The notes below the pieces were generated by a model. It ran no database searches. It was not told the origin of the DNA and was given only the letters and a program-made list of their open reading frames with translations. The position numbers were made by a program, and so were the translations under genes. From Camelus ferus (Eukaryota), in the NCBI RefSeq assembly GCF_009834535.1, contig NC_045696.1, positions 113,896,001 to 113,960,000 on the forward strand: DNA of 64,000 nt, written 5' to 3'. Position 1 is the first letter of the stretch; each line of letters opens with the position of its first letter. Shown here one piece after another: positions 63,140 to 64,000 of the stretch.

Positions 63140-63285
63140 GGATCGAGTGTTTGCAGATGTCAGGCGTGTGACACACGGTCTCTCGTTTAATCCTACTGTT
63201 GCCCTGTGAGAACCGAGACTCAGATACGGTCAATAAACTGCCCAAGAGCACCAAGTGTTGGAAGCAGAATCTGAACCCTCATGGA
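63140..63285 (-). mobile_element. MIR SINE
   Basis: GAGTGTTTGCAGATGTCAGGC..TCTCGTTTAATCCT..ACTGCCCAAG..AGAATCTGAACCC. Confidence 0.7.
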
Positions 63286-64000
63286 TGTTCTTTTCTTTAT
63301 ACTTGGCTGTTTCTGAGCTTTGGGGTGGGGTGGGAGAGCCAGGGTCAGAGGACTGATGGTAAAGGAGCCACATCTGACCCCACCCTACCTCCTGCCCTCT
63401 TTCAACTCATTAGCACTGTCAGCCTTATGTGTCTTTCAGGGCTTTCAGAGTGCGTGTTTGCTGCTTTTCAGACTTGGACAAATGACTACTTTTGTGTCTT
63501 TGCTCACGTTTCTTGCACTTCTTCAGGATTGTGGTGTTACTAAGGGAGGTGGCTGAGTGCTGGTCCTGCCACCTCCACTGTAGTATTTGCTTTGAGAAAC
63601 ACAGTTCTGGCAGGTTTTGAGAGTGTTGACTGAGACAGGTGTGTGCCTGGCAGTGGGTCCTGGCGAGATCACCTAGGTTCCTCAGGCCTGAGTCAGATGT
63701 GAATGGGCTGGTGTCAGCTTCCTGTGTGAGTTTCTTTTCTAAGAAAACAAAGCACTATCTAGTCATTCCTCCTGTTGGAATTAAATGAAAAGTAATTTCT
63801 GAATAGCCTCTCTTGACCTCTAAAACTGGGATCTGTGGACTTTGGAAACTGCTTTGATGGGTGCATATTTGAAATGGACCTTGATCTACAAAATAAACAT
63901 TTGTAGTGTGTTAAAAACCAATACTTAAGATACAGAACTTTTTATTTTTGCCTTTCTCTGGACATTGTGAAATATATTTTTATCTTTGTGTAATTCTTAG

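Noticed and set aside
1..64000. Known miRNA hairpins, CPEB3-type ribozyme, numt, CRISPR array, prokaryotic operon, CpG-island promoter
   Set aside because: None recognised by eye; a formal Rfam/miRBase/BLAST search is still needed to exclude them

Overview
Mammalian genomic DNA, most likely camelid (alpaca/llama/camel), judged from tRNA-derived Vic-1-type SINEs and the associated L1 3' ends. I found no convincing protein-coding gene, rRNA, tRNA, miRNA, CpG island or prokaryote-type system. The provided ORFs are chance ORFs or fragments of L1 ORF2 and Tigger1 transposase. Much of the window is recognisable repeat: MIR, L2, L3/CR1, old L1M elements, younger L1, Tigger1, MER2, MER5, MER58, MER102, MER103, MLT1 and Vic-1. 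The unique sequence carries minus-strand segments bounded by good splice sites (14778-15259, 8651-8949, 7717-8063, plus weaker ones) with no long ORF, consistent with the interior of a spliced lncRNA or a multi-exon 5' UTR that I cannot name. The most interesting candidate is a compact three-way junction with a kissing-loop fold inside the 7717-8063 candidate exon. Other notable items are a dimeric SINE within a single TSD, a twin-primed inverted L1, and an internally deleted Tigger1 nested in an L2. Repeat subfamily names are from memory of consensus sequences, and most repeat boundaries are approximate.
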